Of a stretch of DNA of 64,000 bases, positions 20,662-29,514 are shown in pieces (position 1 is the stretch's first letter; each line of letters begins with the position of its first letter). This stretch comes from a bacterium (GTDB lineage: Bacteria; Patescibacteriota; Microgenomatia; Levybacterales; UBA12049), in NCBI GenBank assembly GCA_021791545.1, contig JAJYWL010000016.1:9533-73532 (forward strand), read 5' to 3'. Below the pieces are notes generated by a model. It was not told where the DNA came from. It searched no databases and worked only from the letters and a program-made list of their open reading frames with translations. A program made the position numbers and the translations under genes.

Positions 20662-21579
20662 TTATAAAAGATCTAGTTGATCGGGCTCCTTTTTCTTTTC
20701 TTCTTCCGCTTTTTGCTCTTCCAACTTTATCTTCCCCACCAAACTTCTCATTCCAAGTTTATTGAAATATTCATATAAATCCTTTGTATTGAAGTTTTTC
20801 ATGGAAGCTTTACCAAGCTCTAGCGTTATGGGGGCATCTCTTACGATTGTTGCAAGTTTTTTAGCAAGTGCCGCCTGCTCCGCATCTGTGGCAAGCTTTA
20901 AAGAAAGATTTTGGGGAAGGTCGGAAAGATGAGAATAAAGATTCTCGAATGTTTCATACTTATGTAAAAGGTTTGCCGCTGTCTTTGGACCAACTCCGGT
21001 TACGCCTGGATAGTTATCTGAATTGTCCCCAACCAATGCTTTATAATCGATAAACTGGTGAGGATGCAGTCCGTATTTTTCCTGAACTTTTTCAGAATCG
21101 AAAAGAATCATCTTGGTGATTCCTACTATTGGAGCAAGAATCTTAACATTATCGTCAACTAATTGAAGAAGGTCCCTGTCACCCGTAACTATTATTGTCT
21201 CAAGGTCCTTATCAACAGATGCCTGGGTTGCAAGAGTTCCTATCAAATCGTCTGCTTCATATCCGTCAATTTCAAAAATCTCTACTTTTGCCTTCTCCAA
21301 AGCTTCATGGATAAGCTTAAATTGACCCGAAAGGCCGTCATCCATCTTTGGCCTAGTTGCCTGATACCCCACATATAATGACTTTCTAAAGGTTGGCTTA
21401 CCCCTATCAAAACAGACGACAAAATAATCAGGTTTAAGATCATTTATGATTTTTGTAATCATTGCGAAAAAACCGTAGACGGCATTTGTGGCAGTACCCT
21501 CTTTTGTACTTAAATTAGGCAATGCATGGTAAGCTCTGTGGACGATAGCGTTTCCGTCTATAAGTACGAATTTTTTCAT
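20662..21579 (-). CDS. Standalone 5'-3' exonuclease (Pol I N-terminal/FEN-like domain)
   Basis: MKKFVLIDGNAIVHRAYHALP, metal-binding Asp clusters, and an HhH GVTGVGPKTAANLL. There is no polymerase domain. Confidence 0.8.
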   Translation of the reverse strand: MKKFVLIDGNAIVHRAYHALPNLSTKEGTATNAVYGFFAMITKIINDLKPDYFVVCFDRGKPTFRKSLYVGYQATRPKMDDGLSGQFKLIHEALEKAKVEIFEIDGYEADDLIGTLATQASVDKDLETIIVTGDRDLLQLVDDNVKILAPIVGITKMILFDSEKVQEKYGLHPHQFIDYKALVGDNSDNYPGVTGVGPKTAANLLHKYETFENLYSHLSDLPQNLSLKLATDAEQAALAKKLATIVRDAPITLELGKASMKNFNTKDLYEYFNKLGMRSLVGKIKLEEQKAEEEKKKEPDQLDLL

Positions 21580-21603
21580 TTCAATAGTTAAATATTAACA
21601 CAA

Positions 21604-23463
21604 TTAGGCGGTAACTTTGGCGAGAGCTTTCTTGGGGCCAATTATTTTTTCAAAATCTTCCTGTTCTATCGTTTCTCTTTTAAGAAGCTCTTCTGCGAGT
21701 AAATCAAGTTTTCCTCTCAACTTAGAAAGGACAGTTACCGCACTCTTATATCCTGCATCTGTAAACTTTTTAACCTGTTCATCTATTTTTGCTGCCATCT
21801 CGGGAGAAACCTGTGGTTTGTCATACGGTGTTTTTGCTTCAGGATCCAGATTAACAGGCCCCAAGTCACTCATTCCATATTCAACTACCATTGTCCTTGC
21901 AACTTCTGTTGCTTTTGCAATATCATCCGAGGCTCCTGTTGTCATTTCTTTAAACACAAGACTTTCGGCAGCTCTTCCTCCGAGCATTACGGCAATCTGC
22001 TCAATAAGGTGTGATTTTGTCTCATGTAAGTGTTCCACTGGCTCCATCATTGTGTGCCCCAAAGACATTCCTCTTGAAACAATTGAAATTCTATGTACCG
22101 GATCCATGTTGGGCATATACCAGGAAACCAAAGCGTGTCCTGCTTCGTGATATGCGGTCATTTTTCTGTCCTCTTCCGACTGTAATCTTCTCTTCTCCGG
22201 TCCAAGCTTAACTTTTGTTGCAGCTTCTTCCAAATCTTTCATATCTATAGCTTTTTTTCCAAGCCTTGCAGCAAGGATTGCAGCTTCGTTTAACATGTTT
22301 TCTATATCTGCTCCTGAAAATCCTACAGTTCTTTTTGCAATTCTTTCCCATGAAACTGCCTTATCGAAAGGCTTTCCTCTTGCGTGAATAGAGAGAATTG
22401 CTTTTCTTCCCTGAACATCAGGCATATCAAGCATTACTCTTCTATCAAATCTTCCCGGCCTTATTAACGCCGGATCTAATACATCAGGCCTATTTGTTGC
22501 TGCCATAACTACCAATTGTTCTGTTGGAGCAAATCCGTCCATTTCTACTAGTATCTGGTTTAATGTTTGCTCTCTTTCATCATGTCCTCCCATTAGACCC
22601 ATTCCTCTTTGTCTTCCTATGGCATCTATTTCATCGATGAAAATTATTGCAGGTTGTGACTTTTTTGCAGTATTGAACAAATCTCTTACCCTAGATGCTC
22701 CTACTCCTACGAGCATCTCCATAAACTCGGAGCCGGCCATGGAAAAGAATGGAACTCCCGCTTCTCCAGCAGTTGCTCTTGCAAGAAGAGTTTTTCCTGT
22801 TCCCGCGGGTCCTACCATTAAAACACCCTTAGGAGTTCTTGCTCCCATTGCCTTATACTTACCCGGGTTTTTGAGAAAGTCTACAATCTCTGTCAATTCC
22901 TGTTTTGCCTCATCTACACCCGCTACATCTCCAAAACTTACTCTTGGAGTGTCTTTACTGAATAGTTTTGCCTTCGATTGTCCGAATGAAAAAACGCTTT
23001 CCTGTGCTCCCCTTGCCTGTCTAAATATGAAATAGAAAAATCCTACCATTAGAAGAATTGGTAAAACTCCGGAAAGAAGGTTAATCCAGTTATTTATCGT
23101 CGTCTCGTCATTTACCACTACTTTTGTGTTGTTGAGCCCTACTCCTGCATCTTTAAATAGCTGATAAACATTTGAGCTTGATTCCTTGAAGCTTTGCAAG
23201 GTTTGATTCTTCTCTGCAGCTGTTATCTTATTGGGATCAACCGTTATAGAGGTTACTTTTCCTGCCTTAACGTCTGAAATGATCTGAGAAAGAGGAACTG
23301 TTTTTGTCTCTGCAAAAGGCTGACTTCCGCTTGGCTGAGAAAGACCCATAAAAATGAAAGCGGCAAAGAGAAGTAAAAAAGCATAAATTACAATGTTCTT
23401 CCACGAGAACTTCATCTTAACTTTTACTTGCTTTAGTTTCTTGGGTTTTTTAATCGCAGCCAT
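21604..23463 (-). CDS. ftsH: ATP-dependent zinc metalloprotease FtsH
   Basis: N-terminal transmembrane helices, AAA motif GVLMVGPAGTGKTLLARA, SRH, and an M41 protease HEAGHALV. Confidence 0.9.
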   Translation of the reverse strand: MAAIKKPKKLKQVKVKMKFSWKNIVIYAFLLLFAAFIFMGLSQPSGSQPFAETKTVPLSQIISDVKAGKVTSITVDPNKITAAEKNQTLQSFKESSSNVYQLFKDAGVGLNNTKVVVNDETTINNWINLLSGVLPILLMVGFFYFIFRQARGAQESVFSFGQSKAKLFSKDTPRVSFGDVAGVDEAKQELTEIVDFLKNPGKYKAMGARTPKGVLMVGPAGTGKTLLARATAGEAGVPFFSMAGSEFMEMLVGVGASRVRDLFNTAKKSQPAIIFIDEIDAIGRQRGMGLMGGHDEREQTLNQILVEMDGFAPTEQLVVMAATNRPDVLDPALIRPGRFDRRVMLDMPDVQGRKAILSIHARGKPFDKAVSWERIAKRTVGFSGADIENMLNEAAILAARLGKKAIDMKDLEEAATKVKLGPEKRRLQSEEDRKMTAYHEAGHALVSWYMPNMDPVHRISIVSRGMSLGHTMMEPVEHLHETKSHLIEQIAVMLGGRAAESLVFKEMTTGASDDIAKATEVARTMVVEYGMSDLGPVNLDPEAKTPYDKPQVSPEMAAKIDEQVKKFTDAGYKSAVTVLSKLRGKLDLLAEELLKRETIEQEDFEKIIGPKKALAKVTA

Positions 23464-23519
23464 GCCTCGGATTATATCACTTTAAAAGCTCTATTGCCAG
23501 TATTTTGAGCTCAAGAATA

Positions 23520-24494
23520 TTAGATGAGTCCTACTTTTTGTTTTACATCAAGAAGGGTTTTTGAAGATTTAGAAATTGCATATTCTCTACCCTCATCAAG
23601 AATGTCTCTTAACGCTTTTTCATCTTTTCTTATTTCTTCATATTTTTCTCTAATTGGAAGAAGCGTTTCAAGGACTACTTCCGTAATTGAATTCTTTAGC
23701 TCAGAGTATGCTTTTCCTTCCATCTCATCCTGTGCTTTATTAAAAGAAATTCCCTTAAATGCAGAGTAAATCGTAAGAAGGTTTACTATTGCTTCACTCC
23801 CATGATCTTTGGAAACCTTTGAATTCGAATCCGTGACTGCTTTTTTTATCTTCTCTCTTATTTGTTCCTCCGTATCCAAAAGATTTATAGTTCCCAAGGG
23901 ATTATTATCAGACTTACTCATTTTTGAAGCGGGATTTTGAAGACTCATTATTCTTGCTGTTTGAGACTGAATTACAGGATTTGGAAGTTTAAATGTTTCT
24001 CCAAATCTTTTGTTAAACCTTTCCGCCAAATCTCTTGTAAGTTCTATATGCTGCTTCTGATCCTCTCCTACTGGAACTTCATCTGTTTGATATAAAAGAA
24101 TATCCGAAGCCATAAGTACCGGGTAGTCAAAAAGTCCAAGATTTTCTTCATGTTTTTGAGATTTTTCCTTGAACTGGGTCATTCTCTGAAGCTGTCCAAA
24201 AGGAGTAATAGTATTTAAGATCCATGCAAGATAGGAATGATCGGGATTTTCGGACTGGATAAAAATATGAGCTTTCTTGGGATCGATTCCGCATGCAAGA
24301 TATAAGGCTGCTACCTCTAAAACCTTTTCTCTTAAAGCTTTAGGATCCTGAGGAACAGTTATTGCATGTAGATCTACTATACAAAAAAGAGCATCATTTC
24401 CCTCCTGAACATTTACCCATTGTCTTAAAGCTCCAATGTAATTTCCTATATGAAGATTTCCTGAGGGTTGTACTCCTGAAAATATTGTTTTCAT
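23520..24494 (-). CDS. trpS: Tryptophan--tRNA ligase
   Basis: SGVQPSGNLHIGNYIGA (HIGH motif) and KMSKS. Confidence 0.9.
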   Translation of the reverse strand: MKTIFSGVQPSGNLHIGNYIGALRQWVNVQEGNDALFCIVDLHAITVPQDPKALREKVLEVAALYLACGIDPKKAHIFIQSENPDHSYLAWILNTITPFGQLQRMTQFKEKSQKHEENLGLFDYPVLMASDILLYQTDEVPVGEDQKQHIELTRDLAERFNKRFGETFKLPNPVIQSQTARIMSLQNPASKMSKSDNNPLGTINLLDTEEQIREKIKKAVTDSNSKVSKDHGSEAIVNLLTIYSAFKGISFNKAQDEMEGKAYSELKNSITEVVLETLLPIREKYEEIRKDEKALRDILDEGREYAISKSSKTLLDVKQKVGLI

Positions 24495-24508
24495 CTTAAT
24501 TTATATTA

Positions 24509-25696
24509 TCACATCAACCATTTTTTCTTAAGCTCTTTAAAGTTTCCTTCGAGAATGGATTTTCTTATGTCCTTAGTAAGATTGACAAGGAAATGAACGT
24601 TATGAAGACTTATCAAATTGTATGAAAGAAGTTCTTTTGCCCTGAATAGGTGGTGAATGTATCCTCTTGTAAAATTCTGACAGGTATAACAACTGCAATT
24701 AGGATCCAAAGGTTTCATATCTTTTACAAACTGAGGCTTATCAATGTCAGTTCTGAACCTATTCTTCATATTTCCCGATGGAGGGGATATAAAGAAAAAG
24801 CCTGTTCTTCCAATTCTTGTAGGAATAACACAATCGAAGGTATCCACTCCTCTTTCTACGCCTTCAAATAAATCATCTACTTCTCCAATTCCAAGCAGAT
24901 GTCTTGGTTTTTCCGAAGTTACAACATCTGTAGTCCAGTCAACAACTTCATAAAGATTTGTCTTTGAAAGATGAGCTCCTCCGAGAGCAATTGCGTCGAA
25001 ATTCTCGTCTACAAACCTTGCGGACTCTTCTCTTAAATCTCTGAATGGTCCTCCGTGAGTTACACCGTATAGGAGCTGGTCTTTCCTTTTATGAGCGTTT
25101 TTGCTTCTTATCTCCCATCTATTTGTCATCTCAAGACTCTTTTTAGTTTCTTCATAATCATACTTTGGAGATTCCAAATCGTCAAAAGAAACGATTAAAT
25201 CTGCCCCAATTTTCTCCTGTATATCTATTGAACTTTCAGGAGTAAGTTTATGAGTTGAACCGTCTAAATGTGACTGAAAAGTTACTCCCTCTTCGGTTAT
25301 CTTATTGAGTCTTGGTTTTGGATCATCTGTATTTCTTTCCTTTGGATCGTCCCTTAAAAACTTTACTCCTCCACCTTCTTTTCCTACTCCCAATGAGAAT
25401 ACCTGAAACCCACCTGAATCTGTCATGGTTGGTCCATTCCAAGACATAAACTTGGACAATCCTCCAAACTTTTTAATTAGATCTTCTCCGGGTCTTAAAT
25501 GAAGATGATAAGTATTGGCAAGAACAACCTCTGCCCCCATTTCCCTTAATTGTTTAGGGTCTACTGCTTTTACAGTTCCCTGTGTTCCTACAGGAACAAA
25601 AATGGGTGTTTCAATATCTCCGTTAGGAGTTGAAATAATACCTGCTCTTGCTTTTGTCTTTTTATCTTTTTGAAGTATTTTGTAGGAGGGTTTCAT
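24509..25696 (-). CDS. tgt: Queuine tRNA-ribosyltransferase
   Basis: LGIGEVDD...DTFDCVIPTR and the zinc site CSCYTCQNFTRGYIHHL. Confidence 0.85.
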   Translation of the reverse strand: MKPSYKILQKDKKTKARAGIISTPNGDIETPIFVPVGTQGTVKAVDPKQLREMGAEVVLANTYHLHLRPGEDLIKKFGGLSKFMSWNGPTMTDSGGFQVFSLGVGKEGGGVKFLRDDPKERNTDDPKPRLNKITEEGVTFQSHLDGSTHKLTPESSIDIQEKIGADLIVSFDDLESPKYDYEETKKSLEMTNRWEIRSKNAHKRKDQLLYGVTHGGPFRDLREESARFVDENFDAIALGGAHLSKTNLYEVVDWTTDVVTSEKPRHLLGIGEVDDLFEGVERGVDTFDCVIPTRIGRTGFFFISPPSGNMKNRFRTDIDKPQFVKDMKPLDPNCSCYTCQNFTRGYIHHLFRAKELLSYNLISLHNVHFLVNLTKDIRKSILEGNFKELKKKWLM

Positions 25697-27069
25697 TAGT
25701 TTTGAAGATTTTTTACCTGTTCTTTAAATTGATTTCCCCTGTCTTTATAGTTTTTGAACATATCAAATGACGCACAGGCTGGAGAAAGAAGAACTACATC
25801 ACCCGATACTGCTAGCTTTGAAGCGGCAAGCACTATTTGTTCCATGTTTTCTGCTCCCTCAATAGAGAGGAGTTTTACATTATGTTTTTCAATTTCCTCT
25901 TTTATCTTTTCCCACTCTATTCCTATTCCAATTATTGCTTTAATATTTTCTGCTTTTGAAATAATATCTCCAAGTTCCTCAAAGTCACTCCCTTTACTTG
26001 ATCCTCCCAGAATAATAATCTCGGGATTTTTGAAAGCTTTTATTGCGGCAATGGCAGTCTCGGGGGTTGTTGAGAATGAATCGTCATAATATCTGACACC
26101 ATTTACAGTTCCCACCAATTCAAGCCTATGTTCGAGTCCCTTAAATGTCTTTAATACTTCCTCTATATTCTCTATAGAGACTCCGGAAAGATAGGCCGCT
26201 AAACTTGCCGCACAGACATTTTCATAGTTATGTTCTCCCGGCAAAAGTATTTCTTTTGTATCTATTACCTTTTTCTCTCTTCCATCTACTCTTATCCAGA
26301 TAGCACCTTCCCTTACAAAAGAACCGTCTCCCATTACTTCCCTTTCTCTACTTGTATGTAAAACTTTACCGTCCGTATGAATGTCGGATTCGTTTGTTGC
26401 AGGATAGTCTCTATTTAAAATTGCAAAATCATCAGTAGTTTGAAATCTTAAAATGTTTCTCTTGGCATTAACATATTCTTCGGTTGTACCGTGATAGTTG
26501 AGATGCTCGCTTGTTACCATGAGCATTACTGCAATATGAGGACTTTTTGTAAGGTCCAAAAGCTGAAAACTGGAAAGTTCCAGAACAACTTTAGACTGAT
26601 CACTTAATTTATTCAAAAATTCAAAAGGAGGCACTCCTATATTCCCTCCTAAGTATGCATCAAACCCTTGTTTTTTAAGCATTTCCAAAATTAAAGTGGA
26701 AGTTGTTCCTTTTCCCTTTGTTCCGGTCACTCCTATAATTTCAGATGGACATAAATCAAAAAATATCTTTGTCTGAGATGTTATTTTCTCTGATTCTGTA
26801 AACTTTTGAAGAAGGTTTAATTGCACTCCCGGACTTCTAACGACAAGGTCAAAATATTTAAGATCATCAAGATAATCTTTGCCAAAAATAAACTTAATAG
26901 GTAGGTTTTCGACCTCTTTTATAAGCTCTATTTCTTTTTCTTCTCTTTCATCTAATACGGTAACATCCGCTCCCTTCTCCACCAAAAACTTTACAGAAGA
27001 AACACCTTCTATTCCAAGACCTACAACCGCTACTTTTTTGTTTTTGAAATCCATTGAGGAATTATCCAT
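25696..27069 (-). CDS. murD: UDP-N-acetylmuramoylalanine--D-glutamate ligase
   Basis: KKVAVVGLGIEGVS Rossmann N-terminus and the Mur ligase P-loop IGVTGTKGKGTTS. The start is set at MDNSSMDF (27069) because the ORF-track extension overlaps tRNA-Met. Confidence 0.8.
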   Translation of the reverse strand: MDNSSMDFKNKKVAVVGLGIEGVSSVKFLVEKGADVTVLDEREEKEIELIKEVENLPIKFIFGKDYLDDLKYFDLVVRSPGVQLNLLQKFTESEKITSQTKIFFDLCPSEIIGVTGTKGKGTTSTLILEMLKKQGFDAYLGGNIGVPPFEFLNKLSDQSKVVLELSSFQLLDLTKSPHIAVMLMVTSEHLNYHGTTEEYVNAKRNILRFQTTDDFAILNRDYPATNESDIHTDGKVLHTSREREVMGDGSFVREGAIWIRVDGREKKVIDTKEILLPGEHNYENVCAASLAAYLSGVSIENIEEVLKTFKGLEHRLELVGTVNGVRYYDDSFSTTPETAIAAIKAFKNPEIIILGGSSKGSDFEELGDIISKAENIKAIIGIGIEWEKIKEEIEKHNVKLLSIEGAENMEQIVLAASKLAVSGDVVLLSPACASFDMFKNYKDRGNQFKEQVKNLQN

Positions 27070-27079
27070 AAAAGAAAAG

Positions 27080-27153
27080 TACCAGGGGTGAGATTTGAAC
27101 TCACGACCGCAGGGATATGAATCCTGTGCTCTAACCAACTGAGCTACCCTGGC
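27080..27153 (-). tRNA. tRNA-Met(CAT). An elongator or Ile2-type identity cannot be decided.
   Basis: The reverse complement is GCCAGGGTAGCTCAGTTGGTTAGAGCACAGGATTCATATCCCTGCGGTCGTGAGTTCAAATCTCACCCCTGGTA. The anticodon loop is TTCATAT and the T-loop GTTCAAATC. Confidence 0.8.
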
Positions 27154-27337
27154 TTGTCCAACTATTTTAGCATCTGCTTCAATTTAATTCAATTTTGATG
27201 TATAATACTTAAACTCACGCGCGGGGTAGTGTACAGTGCACATGAGGCTCATAATCTCATAGGCTAGGCGCAACTCCTAGCCCCGCAACACATTTTTCAT
27301 TGACTTAGCCCCAATTGCCTTCTATAATTCCAACCCT

Positions 27338-28132
27338 ATGGCAGAACGAGAGCTTTCTTTTGTTCCTGATTTGAGTCAAGGACAAGGAAGAAATTACAAA
27401 GAAAGACCCACTCCCCATCCCAAAACCCTCAGGTTTTTAAATGACGCAAGAGTTAATGGAGTTTTTTATTCCCTACCCGAAGAAACAAGACACATAATAG
27501 ATGTGTACTACTATTCCGATTCTGGATTAAAAGACCTTCGAGGATTAGTTCACCCTAAAACAGGTGCCCAAGTCAAAAGTGTTATTTTCCAAGCTTTAAA
27601 AGATGTTTGGGAAAAATTGCCATCTGAAATTCGGGAAAGAAACCCCCTGGATGATGTATTGAAGCTAAAGCACCAATCTTACTCTCAAGAACACGCCGAA
27701 AGAATGAAGAATCCTTCCGAAGAAACACGAAAGAAAATATCGGAAAAAGCCTTAGAGAGAGGTTTTCCTCCAGGATTTGAGGAAAAAAGACTGAGAAAAA
27801 TTAGAGGAAAACATAGATCACTTAAAACCAAAAGAAGGATAGCCCGAACTCTAACAGAACTTTGGAGCGATCCAAGTTATAGGGAGGAAAGAAAGAAAAC
27901 CTTTCCAAAAAAAGCAAAAGAAAGGATATCAAGAGCCCTGGCAGATAGAGATATAGATAGAAAACTTTGGTCATTAGCACGAAACAATGATGAATTATCA
28001 GATTTTTTCACTGTGGAAGAAATTGATACTTTAAGAAACGTATTGGAACTTAAAAAAGAGACAAGAATGCCAAGTGCACATATTTCAGCTCTAATCGACA
28101 GACTATCTATTTTTGTAGCCAATAAATGTTAA
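27338..28132 (+). CDS. NUMOD3-repeat DNA-binding protein, homing-endonuclease-associated type. No recognisable nuclease domain.
   Basis: Three NUMOD3-like repeats: HAERMKNPSEETRKKISEKALERG, RGKHRSLKTKRRIARTLTELWSD and SYREERKKTFPKKAKERISRALAD. Confidence 0.55.
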   Translation: MAERELSFVPDLSQGQGRNYKERPTPHPKTLRFLNDARVNGVFYSLPEETRHIIDVYYYSDSGLKDLRGLVHPKTGAQVKSVIFQALKDVWEKLPSEIRERNPLDDVLKLKHQSYSQEHAERMKNPSEETRKKISEKALERGFPPGFEEKRLRKIRGKHRSLKTKRRIARTLTELWSDPSYREERKKTFPKKAKERISRALADRDIDRKLWSLARNNDELSDFFTVEEIDTLRNVLELKKETRMPSAHISALIDRLSIFVANKC

Positions 28133-28464
28133 AAGAATAAATTTAGCCATTGTTGCCAGTTGGGAATTTGTTTTTTAGGAGCTTCGCTACCCTTTTGTTC
28201 CTCTGTTTGTGGAATTAATATTTCTTGTTCTCCGGGTTTTATCAAAAAAAGCTTATTTCTGGCCTCTTCCTCCAGAAACTGCTGACTTTGCACATAAGAA
28301 AGTTCGGCTTTTAACTTCTGATTCTTAGTCTTTTCTCTATCTAATTGCTTCTGAGCATTGGTCAAAACATCCTGTTTTTGATAAATATCGATGATTGAAT
28401 GAGCCAAATTATTTATTATAAAAAGCAAAATCAAAACGACGATAAAATAAGGAATTTTCTTCAT
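28129..28464 (-). CDS. Septum formation initiator family protein (FtsB/DivIC-like)
   Basis: N-terminal transmembrane segment, a coiled coil and the C-terminal motif ARNKLFLIKPGEQEILIP. Confidence 0.65.
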   Translation of the reverse strand: MKKIPYFIVVLILLFIINNLAHSIIDIYQKQDVLTNAQKQLDREKTKNQKLKAELSYVQSQQFLEEEARNKLFLIKPGEQEILIPQTEEQKGSEAPKKQIPNWQQWLNLFF

Positions 28465-28530
28465 AATTTAATCTTATCACCTATTTGCTGACCTTGACTA
28501 CTTTCTCTCTAAGTGATATTATAGGCCACT

Positions 28531-29391
28531 ATGAAACCCATTAAACTTCACGATGCTCACGAGGAGTTCAAAAACTATTTGAAACAGAATAATAGGTCTA
28601 CTTCAACAGTCATTGCCTACGGCAAAGACATTGAACAATTGGTAGGCTTTCTTCAGGAACTCGAAAGAAATCACGTACATGAAGTAACAAAAGAAGATAT
28701 AGAAGCATTCCTGGCCAGAATGAGTAAGGAAGGATACACTCCAAAGTCGATTTCAAGAAAAATTAACTCAACAAGAACTTTTTACAGATTCCTAAAAATA
28801 AACGAATATATTACGGATGACCCTTCTCTACTGGTCTCTCACCCTAAATATCAGTTAGCACCACCCAGAATACTTACTCCTACGGAATATAGAGCCTTAA
28901 GAGATGCTGCTCACAACGATCCGAGAATGTATGCAATCATAGAGCTACTTCTACAAACAGGAATAAGAATAGGAGAACTCGCAGCACTTAAGCTTTCAGA
29001 CGTACAAAAAGACAATTTACACATAGCTCCATTTGAAAAACACGAAGAAAGAACGGTTCCTCTTAACAAAAGAGCAAAAGAAGCACTTGATAGATATATG
29101 GAAGTAAGACCAAAAGTATCAGACGACCATCTTTTCGTAACAAAATCTGGAAAACCTTTCCTTATAAGAAACATTAGAACGGCAATTGAAAGATACTTTA
29201 GACTTGCTGAAATAAAAGACGCAAAAGTAAATGACCTAAGACACACATTTGTAGCACACCATTTAAGACACGGCGTTTCATTGGTTCTTCTTTCCAAAGT
29301 ACTCGGGCATAAAAGACTTTCTACAACGGAAAGATATCTTCAGTTTGTCTCTGATAGAGGCAAGGAATCAACTTCTTTAACGGAGCTTTAA
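28531..29391 (+). CDS. Tyrosine site-specific recombinase (XerC/XerD-like)
   Basis: Xer-length protein of 286 aa with an N-terminal SAM-like domain. Catalytic motifs TGIRIGEL, LRHTFVAHHLRHG and GHKRLSTTERYLQ supply the R..HxxR..Y residues. Confidence 0.8.
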   Translation: MKPIKLHDAHEEFKNYLKQNNRSTSTVIAYGKDIEQLVGFLQELERNHVHEVTKEDIEAFLARMSKEGYTPKSISRKINSTRTFYRFLKINEYITDDPSLLVSHPKYQLAPPRILTPTEYRALRDAAHNDPRMYAIIELLLQTGIRIGELAALKLSDVQKDNLHIAPFEKHEERTVPLNKRAKEALDRYMEVRPKVSDDHLFVTKSGKPFLIRNIRTAIERYFRLAEIKDAKVNDLRHTFVAHHLRHGVSLVLLSKVLGHKRLSTTERYLQFVSDRGKESTSLTEL

Positions 29392-29402
29392 GCTACAAAA
29401 TG

Positions 29403-29474
29403 TGCGTCCACTTGGGTTCGAACCAAGGACATCTACTTTATAAGAGTAGCGCTCTACCACTGAGCTATGGACGC
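29403..29474 (-). tRNA. tRNA-Ile(TAT)
   Basis: The reverse complement is GCGTCCATAGCTCAGTGGTAGAGCGCTACTCTTATAAAGTAGATGTCCTTGGTTCGAACCCAAGTGGACGCA. The anticodon stem is CTACT/AGTAG with loop CTTATAA, giving anticodon UAU. Confidence 0.75.
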
Positions 29475-29514
29475 GTAAAAAGTATTATAGCAGTAAATTA
29501 GTATTCTTCAAGAA

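Noticed and set aside
21617-23035. Antisense ORFs within ftsH (21617-22150, 22011-22211, 22619-23035).
   Set aside because: The opposite strand encodes a full-length FtsH with all motifs.
28531-29474. Phage or ICE integrase integrated at the tRNA-Ile 3' end.
   Set aside because: The recombinase is Xer-sized with an Xer-like N-domain. No direct repeat of the tRNA 3' end (gggttcgaacc...) was found in the 2.3 kb to the left. I keep it as a Xer-like recombinase and flag only the context.
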